Source: Candidatus Binatia bacterium (GTDB lineage Bacteria > Desulfobacterota > Binatia > Bin18). From it: a stretch of DNA of 64,000 nt. The position numbers were made by a program, and so were the translations under genes. The notes beneath the pieces are model-generated. The model ran no database searches and had not been told where the DNA came from. It was given only the letters and a program-made list of their open reading frames with translations. Positions 56,775 to 64,000 of the stretch are shown in pieces (the first letter of the stretch is position 1; every line of letters begins with the position of its first letter). Location: assembly GCA_963664395.2 (NCBI GenBank), contig OY761159.2, forward strand, positions 4,616,280 to 4,680,279. Reading direction: 5' to 3'.

Positions 56775-59125
56775 TGTCCGCTCACGCTCTCGGACGACCC
56801 GACACTATACGTTCCGCTGAGTCGGTTTTCTTCACGCCAGCCGCGGAAATGATAGTCGCGATTGCCAATCCGACTTTGAAAGTCAATGTTATTATCCTGT
56901 AGGCTTCCTTCCAGAGAGGCGGCGCCGAAACCGGTCGCGTGGATCACCAAGTTACCACGTAACACCCCGTTACTGTGCGGTTGAAAATGCACCTCAAGAG
57001 GAACCTCACGCTCAGGACCCAGCCCGAGGATGCTCCCTTGGTGCGAGTTGAGGATATGGGCCAAGTCCCGATCATCGGTTACGGTAAATTTCTCGGGCGA
57101 GAGCGGGTAGCCGTTGACATAAAAGTCAACCTTGTAATCGCCGGGGGAAAAGGCGCTCCCACTGGCATTGCCGATTCTGGCAGTAAACGTCACCTTCTCT
57201 GTTGTATCCGAGACTTCTTTTCCCTCTTCGACCGTCCCGAGAATCTGGCCGTTGGGGGCATAATAGGTTGCGGTGACCCGGTGGTAAGAAGGCAACAGGT
57301 CATGGAGCTGGTTCTGAAAATCCGCCTCCCAGGCCACGAACCGGAGTTTGGATGCGCCAAACGAAGATGCGGATTGAGAGAGGCGGCTGCCATCTTTCGC
57401 GGTATTGAAAAAGCGGACGGAGACCAGAGAAAGCGGCTCCTTGCTCCGTTCCTGGATGAGGGCCAGCCGTTTTTCCTCTGCCGCACGCCCGGCGCGCTCT
57501 TCCTCCGGTGTCGGTCCAATGACTGCCGGGACATCAGCCCTACCAGCTACACCACCTTCTTCAGCATCGGCCTTTGCGACCTTGACCGGATCGGCTTCAA
57601 TCCGGACTGTTTGACTGGCCAGCTTGGCATCCCCGAAATAGAGCTCAAGCTGGTAATCGCCTGTGGCCCGCTCTTTGAGCCCCTCAAGCAGCGTCACGCC
57701 CCGGAGTTCAAGCTGTTCTTCTTCGGGCCGCACAAACCGGCCGGCTTCGCTTTTCCCAGCCAGCCCCCCCTCAGGATCGAAAAAGCGGCCCTCTATCCGA
57801 TAGTTCCCGCCTTCGACCCCGGACAACCTATTCTTCAGCACGGCTTCCCAGGTCAGGTATTGCACCTCACCAACTGTATAGCTTGCCTTGGCTTCCGACC
57901 GTGGCGTGCCGTCGCGCGAGGTATTCACTAGGCTGAGAGAAACGAGTTCGAGCGGATCGGCCCGTAGCGTGCGCAGGCGTTTCTCCCGCTCCCACGGCAA
58001 ATCCGCAACAAAAGCCCGGAACCCTGCACGCCGGGATTCCGGCAGCCAGGTTTCGAGCTGCTGCCAGGGAATCTTTTCTCCCAACTGCGCGATCGGATTA
58101 CCTTGCAGCAGTTCAGGGGAAGTCAACAGTCCATACGCTCCGCCAGTCATCAGCAGCAAAAAAACAAGGGCCGCAACCATACGCCCCCAGCGCCGTTTCT
58201 TTTGCGGCGGTGCGACGGTGAGGGGTTCCTCAACCGGCTCCGGCAAAGGCTCGAGAATCTGGGTCGCGGCTTGGGACGAGCTGGGAGATGGGGCCGCGCT
58301 CAGTCCGCGCCCATACAGAAACATGTCCTTAAACGCTTCCGCGCTCTTTGGCCGCTCTTCCGCTTTATACGCCAGGGTCTGGTCAATGGCTTGAGCCAGG
58401 AAGGGAGACGCGTCGGGCTTCTCCGAAAGCACCGGCGGACACGAGAACGGCGGATGTTTCTCGGGGTCACGGCCGGTCAGGATATAGTGCAGGGTTGCGG
58501 CCAGGCCATAAAGATCGGACCGTTCATCAACCTGTCCCGAGTATTGCTCGGGCGGGGCAAATCCGGGCGTGCCAATCAGGGTGGCTTTGCCTTGGGGAGA
58601 GAAAATTCTGGCAATGCCAAAGTCAATCAGCGTGATGCGCCCGTCCGGCCCGAGGATCACATTGCCCGGTTTCATGTCCCGATAGATGATGGGCGGAGAA
58701 AAGCCATGCAGATACGTCAGGACATCGCACAGTTCCCGGCCAATCTCGATGACCCGGCTCTCGGGGAGCCGACCGCCCAGTCCGGCGATTTCCTGCTCCA
58801 GATTGACCCCTTCGACAAAATCCATCACCAAATAATGGCAATTGCCTTCACCAAAGCGGTCAAAAATGGCGGGAATGGCCGGATGGGTGAGCTGGGCCAG
58901 CGTGTCAGCCTCGCGATGAAAATACTCGATTGCTTGGGCGCGCTCCTCGGGATTGGTGAACCGGTCAAAGATTTCTTTGATGGCGACACGCCGCTCGGCA
59001 AGACGCTGATCCTGGGCAATATAGACGACGCCCATACCACCGCCGGCCAGAAAGCGCTCGATCTGATAGCGCCCCGCCAGGGTCGTTCCAGGTTCAAGTT
59101 GACCGCTTTCGTTCCGCGACATCAA
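56756..59125 (-). CDS. Receptor Ser/Thr protein kinase (Hanks type) with one TM helix and a roughly 445-aa extracytoplasmic region
   Basis: AGGGMGVVY, VAIKEI, YRDMKPGN, DFGIA, GTPGFAPPE. TM VAALVFLLLMTGGAYGLL. Confidence 0.93.
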   Translation of the reverse strand: MMSRNESGQLEPGTTLAGRYQIERFLAGGGMGVVYIAQDQRLAERRVAIKEIFDRFTNPEERAQAIEYFHREADTLAQLTHPAIPAIFDRFGEGNCHYLVMDFVEGVNLEQEIAGLGGRLPESRVIEIGRELCDVLTYLHGFSPPIIYRDMKPGNVILGPDGRITLIDFGIARIFSPQGKATLIGTPGFAPPEQYSGQVDERSDLYGLAATLHYILTGRDPEKHPPFSCPPVLSEKPDASPFLAQAIDQTLAYKAEERPKSAEAFKDMFLYGRGLSAAPSPSSSQAATQILEPLPEPVEEPLTVAPPQKKRRWGRMVAALVFLLLMTGGAYGLLTSPELLQGNPIAQLGEKIPWQQLETWLPESRRAGFRAFVADLPWEREKRLRTLRADPLELVSLSLVNTSRDGTPRSEAKASYTVGEVQYLTWEAVLKNRLSGVEGGNYRIEGRFFDPEGGLAGKSEAGRFVRPEEEQLELRGVTLLEGLKERATGDYQLELYFGDAKLASQTVRIEADPVKVAKADAEEGGVAGRADVPAVIGPTPEEERAGRAAEEKRLALIQERSKEPLSLVSVRFFNTAKDGSRLSQSASSFGASKLRFVAWEADFQNQLHDLLPSYHRVTATYYAPNGQILGTVEEGKEVSDTTEKVTFTARIGNASGSAFSPGDYKVDFYVNGYPLSPEKFTVTDDRDLAHILNSHQGSILGLGPEREVPLEVHFQPHSNGVLRGNLVIHATGFGAASLEGSLQDNNIDFQSRIGNRDYHFRGWREENRLSGTYSVGSSESVSGHWSLQL

Positions 59126-59136
59126 CTAGCGCCTCA

Positions 59137-60882
59137 CTACTCGTGAAAGACAACGATCACTGAGGTATTATCGCTGCCGCCACCCGTATTTGCCGCAACG
59201 GTCAACTCCAAGGCCGCCTCGGACGGAGTACGGTGGCGACTCAAGATATCAGCAATCGCCGGATCAAGGACATGGCTGGTCAACCCATCGCTGCACAGGA
59301 GGAGTCGGACCCCTCGCTTGAGTGGCCGCGAGAGCGTATCAACCACAACATTTTCCTTGCTCCCCAAAGACCGAATCAGGACGTTACGGTGCTCGTGGGT
59401 CAACGCCTCTTCTTCCGTCAATTGGCCGATCTCGACCAGACGGGCGACCAAGGAATGATCGTGCGAGAGCTGCCGCAGTTCCCCATTTTCCAGCAGGTAG
59501 ACCCGGCTGTCCCCGACCCACGCCACCGTCAGTTGTCCGGCCCGGACCAGCGCAGCAACAATCGTTGCTCCCAGGCCGGCAGATTCTGGATGATCTTTCC
59601 CGTATTGGACAATTTTTGTATTGGCCGCCTCGACCGACTCACGTAAATGGGTCTCCCAGGCTGCCGCATCAAATCCCTCAACCCCCTTTTGCTGTCCAGT
59701 GGAGGCCCCCTCTCTCCTCAGCCCTCTCCCGCCAGAGGGGAGGGAAACGGTGGCTTCTTCAACATGCTGGGCCACAGTCCGAATGGCAATCTGGCTGGCG
59801 ACCTCACCGGCTTCGGCTCCGCCCATACCGTCTGAAACGATATAGAGTCCATTAAAATCATCGCCCTCTATGCTGCCTTGACCCACCTCTTTGACAAGAA
59901 CGGCATCTTCATTATGGTCGCGTACCTGTCCGACATCGGTCCGCCAGGCCGAGCGAATATGCACCGACTGACTCAGAGCGAGCAAGTCTTGTTTCAGGGC
60001 TGGCAGGTTCGGATAGCGCTCCCCGACCTCAAAGGCTAACGCTCTTCTTAAAACGCGCTCAAAATCGGGCGTCAGGACCTTCTCAGGATAGAATACTGGT
60101 GGCTCAGGCTGAACCGCCCAGCCTTCAATGGGTAAACGGCGCCCCACGAGAACGGCATACAGGCATGCGCCCAGAGCAAACACATCAGCAGCTTCGTGTA
60201 ACACTTGGGACTTATATGCCTCAGGCGCAGCATACCCATCCGTCAAAAAGGGACTCTCCTCAAGCGCGTCTTTCAGGCGTATGGCGTCAAAGTGGGTGAG
60301 GTGCAGACGGCCGGTCTTGTCGAGTATGATATTTTCCGGAGAAAGTTCAACACACAAGAACCCATGCCGGTGCAAAGCACTCACGGCCTGGCACAGCTGC
60401 ACGCCCCAGCCGGACGCCTCCCGCTCCGACGTCCGGCCCATGCGGCTACTCAGAGGGATACCGGACTGAGTCGGCGTAATGAGGTAGACCCGGCCATCAC
60501 GTTCCAGACTTTCCTGCGGGAGGATGAGAGCCGGGTGGTGAATCGCGGCAAGCTGCTCGGATAGCTCAAACGCACCACCCGCGTCGGTCTGGTCACTTAA
60601 TCGTTCAGCTATAAGATAGGTCTGTCCGGCGTCAGTCTGACGAACCGCCTGGTAGCGATTTTCCTGTCCGGTCGAGAGGATGGATGTGAGGCGATAGGTA
60701 TCAGCGAGGATTGTGCCTGGCGTCAGTGGTTCAAAGAGGGAGACCGAAACGCCCCCTTCTTCAAGCGATACGCCACAGGCAGTACAAAAAATTTCTCCAA
60801 GCACATTGGCTTGTCCGCACTCAGCACAAACAAGGCTCTCCTCAATGTCTATAGGCTCGGTCATCAGAGGCGCAGAACCCAT
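59137..60882 (-). CDS. Zinc-ribbon / degenerate kinase-like domain / PP2C phosphatase fusion protein
   Basis: CAECG...CTACG. The kinase-like region has VAIK->YQAVR, HRD->CVELSPEN and DFG->HFD. The PP2C region has VRDHNEDA, SDGMGGAEAGEVAS, LCSDGL and GGSDNTSVIVV. Confidence 0.85.
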   Translation of the reverse strand: MGSAPLMTEPIDIEESLVCAECGQANVLGEIFCTACGVSLEEGGVSVSLFEPLTPGTILADTYRLTSILSTGQENRYQAVRQTDAGQTYLIAERLSDQTDAGGAFELSEQLAAIHHPALILPQESLERDGRVYLITPTQSGIPLSSRMGRTSEREASGWGVQLCQAVSALHRHGFLCVELSPENIILDKTGRLHLTHFDAIRLKDALEESPFLTDGYAAPEAYKSQVLHEAADVFALGACLYAVLVGRRLPIEGWAVQPEPPVFYPEKVLTPDFERVLRRALAFEVGERYPNLPALKQDLLALSQSVHIRSAWRTDVGQVRDHNEDAVLVKEVGQGSIEGDDFNGLYIVSDGMGGAEAGEVASQIAIRTVAQHVEEATVSLPSGGRGLRREGASTGQQKGVEGFDAAAWETHLRESVEAANTKIVQYGKDHPESAGLGATIVAALVRAGQLTVAWVGDSRVYLLENGELRQLSHDHSLVARLVEIGQLTEEEALTHEHRNVLIRSLGSKENVVVDTLSRPLKRGVRLLLCSDGLTSHVLDPAIADILSRHRTPSEAALELTVAANTGGGSDNTSVIVVFHE

Positions 60883-60941
60883 GCATCACCAGTCCAGTCA
60901 ATTCCAGCAGTTTAGGCAGTTCCAGAACGGCCAGCGCAGCC

Positions 60942-61607
60942 TCATGGCACGCGCGAGACCTTGAAAAAGGTTTTGCCGACGATGATCTCATCCCCGTCTT
61001 TGAGGGTAGCCGGTGAGCCTGGCTCAAGACGTTGGCCCCTGTTGACAAACGTCCCGTTCAGGCTCCCAATATCCTCAATCGTCAACTCATCGCCGAATTT
61101 TATCAGCGCGTGTTTTCGGGAGATACGCGCTTCCGCATCATCATTTTCCATATCAACTTCAGGGAAAGAACCGGAATCCGGGTCCCACCGACCAACCAGA
61201 TTATCTCCTGCTTGGAGCTCAAAAACCTTACCCACCGTTCCGCCACGGGTGATGGTGAGAGAAGCGCTCCCGGCTGCACCTTCTGTTCCTTCTGTTCCTT
61301 CTGAGCCTGGACCCTCGCTTGGTGCGACGTCTCCGGGTGCTTCTTCAGGGGCCGGTGTAGGAATATCTCCAACCGCCTCAGCCGCAGGTTCTTCTGCAAC
61401 GGCCTCCGGACTTGTCTCACTTGCCCCACTTGCCGCACTTGCTGCACTTGCCTCAACTCCGGCAGGAGCTTCCTCCACGGCTTCGCTGTCAGGTGCGGCG
61501 GGGGCTTCGGCACTCTCCGTCGCTATGACTTCAAGTTTCGCTCCGCAGCTATCACAGTACTCCAGACCATCCATGTTTTCTTCATTACATTCCGCACAGC
61601 GAATCAT
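60942..61607 (-). CDS. Zinc-ribbon / acidic low-complexity linker / FHA domain protein
   Basis: MIRCAECN...YCDSCG, then an Ala/Glu/Pro-rich linker, then FHA LVGRWDP...ISRKHALI...GSLNGTFVN. Confidence 0.85.
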   Translation of the reverse strand: MIRCAECNEENMDGLEYCDSCGAKLEVIATESAEAPAAPDSEAVEEAPAGVEASAASAASGASETSPEAVAEEPAAEAVGDIPTPAPEEAPGDVAPSEGPGSEGTEGTEGAAGSASLTITRGGTVGKVFELQAGDNLVGRWDPDSGSFPEVDMENDDAEARISRKHALIKFGDELTIEDIGSLNGTFVNRGQRLEPGSPATLKDGDEIIVGKTFFKVSRVP

Positions 61608-61662
61608 GCTCGTATCTCCTTCATTGACCTCATTGCTGAACCGTTACCCTTCACGGGCGAGC

Positions 61663-62952
61663 TTAGTCTTGCAGGGCATCTTTGACGCTCTCGGGATCAA
61701 GAAGTTGCGTTTTTCGTAAGGTTGCCTGAGCGTTGAGCAACTGGGTTTTGGCCGCCCCGGTCGCGAGACTCTGTGTTTTCTTCAATTCACTCTGGAGCCC
61801 TTCGAGCGCTTGGGTTGCCTTCGTGTTCCCAAGTCGTTGGGTTCCGGCTATGGCATTGCCCAACAATCGCGTGGCTTTGTCGGTATTGCCGGCAGCCATA
61901 GCAGCCTCAGCCTGCATTTGGATCTTGGCGACGCTGACTTGATCAACGAGATTCATCACATAGCCGTTCGCCTTGCCAATGGAAGCTCGCTCAAGCGTAT
62001 AGTTCACCACAACGTCCACGTTTTCGTGTTGGTTCTTGGCCTCAGGCGTATCGTAATGCAGCCCGGCCTGAGCGAGCCGGACCCGACCGGGGCGGCGGGG
62101 CGGTAAGACTAACACTGCCAATGCCGAACTTGGCGTACCCGCTTCAATATCTCCCAACGGGAGAGAAATAATCCGATTGGCATCGGGCGTAATATCTTTA
62201 ATCGGGTAAATCTGAGGACTGGCGCGAAAGGCTTCTTTCACCTGCACCCCAGCGCTCAGTTGCACCTCAATACGCGCATTGGTCAGTGCGACATTCCGAA
62301 GTCCCTGGAGTTCGCTGGAAAAAATATCCGGAATTGAGGCCGGGGTATCAATAAAGTGATAATTGGACCCGCTCGCCTCCGCCATTTCCATCAGCAGTTT
62401 TTCATTAAACTCGCCGCCCACGCCGAGTGTGCTACACGAAATACGGTCACGATGCTGACGGGCGAGATCGAGACATTTGCGCTCCTCATACGTCTGACCA
62501 TCGGTCAGGAGCAACAGCCGGTTCAGGCGGTTGGGCGAATAATACTTCTCGACCTCGGCAAGCGCCGCTTCCATCCCCAGCGCCATTTGTGTTCCGCCCC
62601 CGATCTCCAACAGATCCAGATCGTCAATGGCTCGTTTCACACCGGATGCATCCGCAGCCACCCGGTCTGCCGTTGCCGCAACGTCTGCCTTGTCTGCAAA
62701 CGCGACCACCGCCGCCTTGTCATCCGGACCAAGATTATCAATCAGATATTTGACGGCATCAATGACATAATCAAGCCGCTGTTCATCATACATGGAACCG
62801 CTCCGGTCAAGCACAATGCCGAGATTGAGAGGCAGGCGCACGCCCCCGCCTTGCGGCTTTGTCTCCATGAGCAGGTACAGGATAAAATTTTCTGCGCTGC
62901 TCAGCACGGCATTACGGCTTGTCAACGCTTGGAAACCAACAGCAGCAGACAC
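61663..62952 (-). CDS. von Willebrand factor A (vWA) domain protein with a helical C-terminal region
   Basis: MIDAS IVLDRSGSM, LLTDGQT. Start set at the GTG at 62952, preceded by AAAAAGGAG. The track ORF begins at a TTG at 62973. Confidence 0.8.
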   Translation of the reverse strand: MSAAVGFQALTSRNAVLSSAENFILYLLMETKPQGGGVRLPLNLGIVLDRSGSMYDEQRLDYVIDAVKYLIDNLGPDDKAAVVAFADKADVAATADRVAADASGVKRAIDDLDLLEIGGGTQMALGMEAALAEVEKYYSPNRLNRLLLLTDGQTYEERKCLDLARQHRDRISCSTLGVGGEFNEKLLMEMAEASGSNYHFIDTPASIPDIFSSELQGLRNVALTNARIEVQLSAGVQVKEAFRASPQIYPIKDITPDANRIISLPLGDIEAGTPSSALAVLVLPPRRPGRVRLAQAGLHYDTPEAKNQHENVDVVVNYTLERASIGKANGYVMNLVDQVSVAKIQMQAEAAMAAGNTDKATRLLGNAIAGTQRLGNTKATQALEGLQSELKKTQSLATGAAKTQLLNAQATLRKTQLLDPESVKDALQD

Positions 62953-63060
62953 GAGAGGCTCCTTTTTTGCCAAGAGAATTGTTCAGAAGAATTGTTGAAT
63001 TTTTATCTCACGTTTTTTCCCCAGGAGCAATATAACTACCCGCGAATTCTTGCGGCCTTA

Positions 63061-63549
63061 TTACTCCGGCTTCCGAAACTGGTCGTGACAGCCCTTACAC
63101 GTTCCGAACATCTTTTGCATATGTTCCTTGACTGCAGCGGCATTGTTTTCTCCTGCGGCCACGGCAAGCGCGTCAGCTTCTGTACTCAGTTCTGTGGCTG
63201 AGGCGAGAAAAGCGTCCCAGTTCTGCCAAATTTCTTCTTTCGCCCGAGAGGAGTCTGACGTGCTGCCCTCCGGAAAGAGCCCTGCGATCCGGGTGGAATG
63301 AAGGGCTATGGCGGCGGCATTCATTTTTGCCTCTTTGAGTGTACCGGCATCGATCTTGCCTTTCATCTCCTTGGCATTGGCCCCAATATTCTCCATCAGA
63401 TACTCGCGAAACGGCACCGCCTGCTGAGGGTCCGGCATATGGGTGGGATGATTTTCATGCCCAAAACTCGACCCACTATGCAGACAACTTGCCACCACAA
63501 CTGCGCTGACCAAAGCCATACGGACCACACGTTTGACCCGACCTTTCAT
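63061..63549 (-). CDS. Cytochrome c' / class II c-type cytochrome
   Basis: Signal peptide, a helical bundle-length protein, and a single C-terminal CKGCH haem-binding motif. Confidence 0.8.
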   Translation of the reverse strand: MKGRVKRVVRMALVSAVVVASCLHSGSSFGHENHPTHMPDPQQAVPFREYLMENIGANAKEMKGKIDAGTLKEAKMNAAAIALHSTRIAGLFPEGSTSDSSRAKEEIWQNWDAFLASATELSTEADALAVAAGENNAAAVKEHMQKMFGTCKGCHDQFRKPE

Positions 63550-63607
63550 TGCAGCACCTCCTTACTTACGAAAAACACGCCCGCCCGCGTTGCGTCTCAG
63601 GGCTCCG

Positions 63608-64000
63608 TTACTGTTCTGACTCCCAGGTAGAAAATTTGGGAGCAACCGATTTGAGATATTGGGCAACCGCCTGCGCATCTTCATCTGTCATGTCTTTGTA
63701 CCCGCCTCCGGGTACCCCATCAATCACCAAGGCCATCAGCCCTTGGACGTTATCAAAATTCGGGAGAAAACCGGTGCGCAGCAGCGAGACGATTTCCCCT
63801 TCGCTCCACTGCCCGATACCCGTTTCGTCATCAGGGGTAATATTGGGAGCGACCTCGCCGTCAATACCCGCCGGATTGCCAGCTAAATTTTGCGCACGGT
63901 CGAGGGTGCCAAACACCGTGCGCGGCGTATGGCACTCCTGGCAATGGGCGAGATGTTCACTGATGTAGCGACCTCGGGCAACCGGGTCTGCCCTTGCAAG
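63608..64000 (-). CDS. c-type cytochrome (partial; N-terminus lies beyond the window)
   Basis: Manual extension of the frame to the window edge gives ...GRYISEHLAHCQECHTPRTVFGTLDR... (CxxCH). Confidence 0.75.
   Translation of the reverse strand, partial: LARADPVARGRYISEHLAHCQECHTPRTVFGTLDRAQNLAGNPAGIDGEVAPNITPDDETGIGQWSEGEIVSLLRTGFLPNFDNVQGLMALVIDGVPGGGYKDMTDEDAQAVAQYLKSVAPKFSTWESEQ

Noticed and set aside
56975-59146. Plus-strand ORFs of 318 aa and 347 aa
   Set aside because: They are antisense to the Ser/Thr kinase gene, which has complete Hanks motifs. No motifs were found in the antisense frames.
60961-63201. Plus-strand ORFs of 252 aa and 281 aa
   Set aside because: They are antisense to the ZnR-FHA and vWA genes. 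They are Ser/Ala/Pro- or Arg-rich with no domain signatures.

Overview
A 64-kb chromosomal segment from a moderately GC-rich bacterium. The envelope genes look diderm (an OmpA/Pal-like lipoprotein and signal-peptide M16 peptidases), but the lineage cannot be assigned from the sequence alone. I support about 55 protein-coding genes and one tRNA-Leu(UAA). I saw no rRNA, CRISPR array, transposase or integrase.

Gene blocks in order:
- lon and pgk
- an OmpA/Pal-like lipoprotein with a run of 25 prolines
- a secreted pair of M16 peptidases, one active and one inactive
- a small accessory islet: a DUF4160 remnant with DUF2442, an LLM oxidoreductase, hicAB, and a signal-peptide Lig E-type ATP DNA ligase
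- a tightly packed 10-gene minus-strand array: ferritin-like diiron protein, class I HMG-CoA reductase, DAGK-family lipid kinase, alpha/beta hydrolase, methyltransferase, rnhB, E2, E3, lipB, lipA
- hemE-hemH-hemY
- a type IIA topoisomerase pair in A-then-B order, followed by a hemerythrin gene
- gloA and other VOC genes, and a DEAD-box helicase
- nadA-nrtR
- mutS-mutL-dus
- an acyl-CoA dehydrogenase and a stand-alone EF-G
- two LLM oxidoreductase paralogues
- two large uncharacterised secreted proteins
- a six-gene FHA/vWA/Ser-Thr kinase/PP2C island
- c-type cytochromes

The most notable observations:
1. A PCYCGC-motif gene carries an in-frame TGA exactly where the first Cys of a CxxC motif is expected. 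A SECIS-like hairpin follows it, so this is a candidate new selenoprotein.
2. The phospho-threonine island has three FHA proteins, two vWA proteins, a receptor kinase and a zinc-ribbon/pseudokinase/PP2C fusion, with no secretion-system genes nearby.
3. A diiron protein gene is translationally coupled to an apparently orphan class I HMG-CoA reductase, with a lipid kinase next in line.
4. Short in-frame tandem repeats recur inside otherwise conserved genes.

All calls come from reading the ORF translations and the DNA by eye. No database search was run, so novelty claims are untested.
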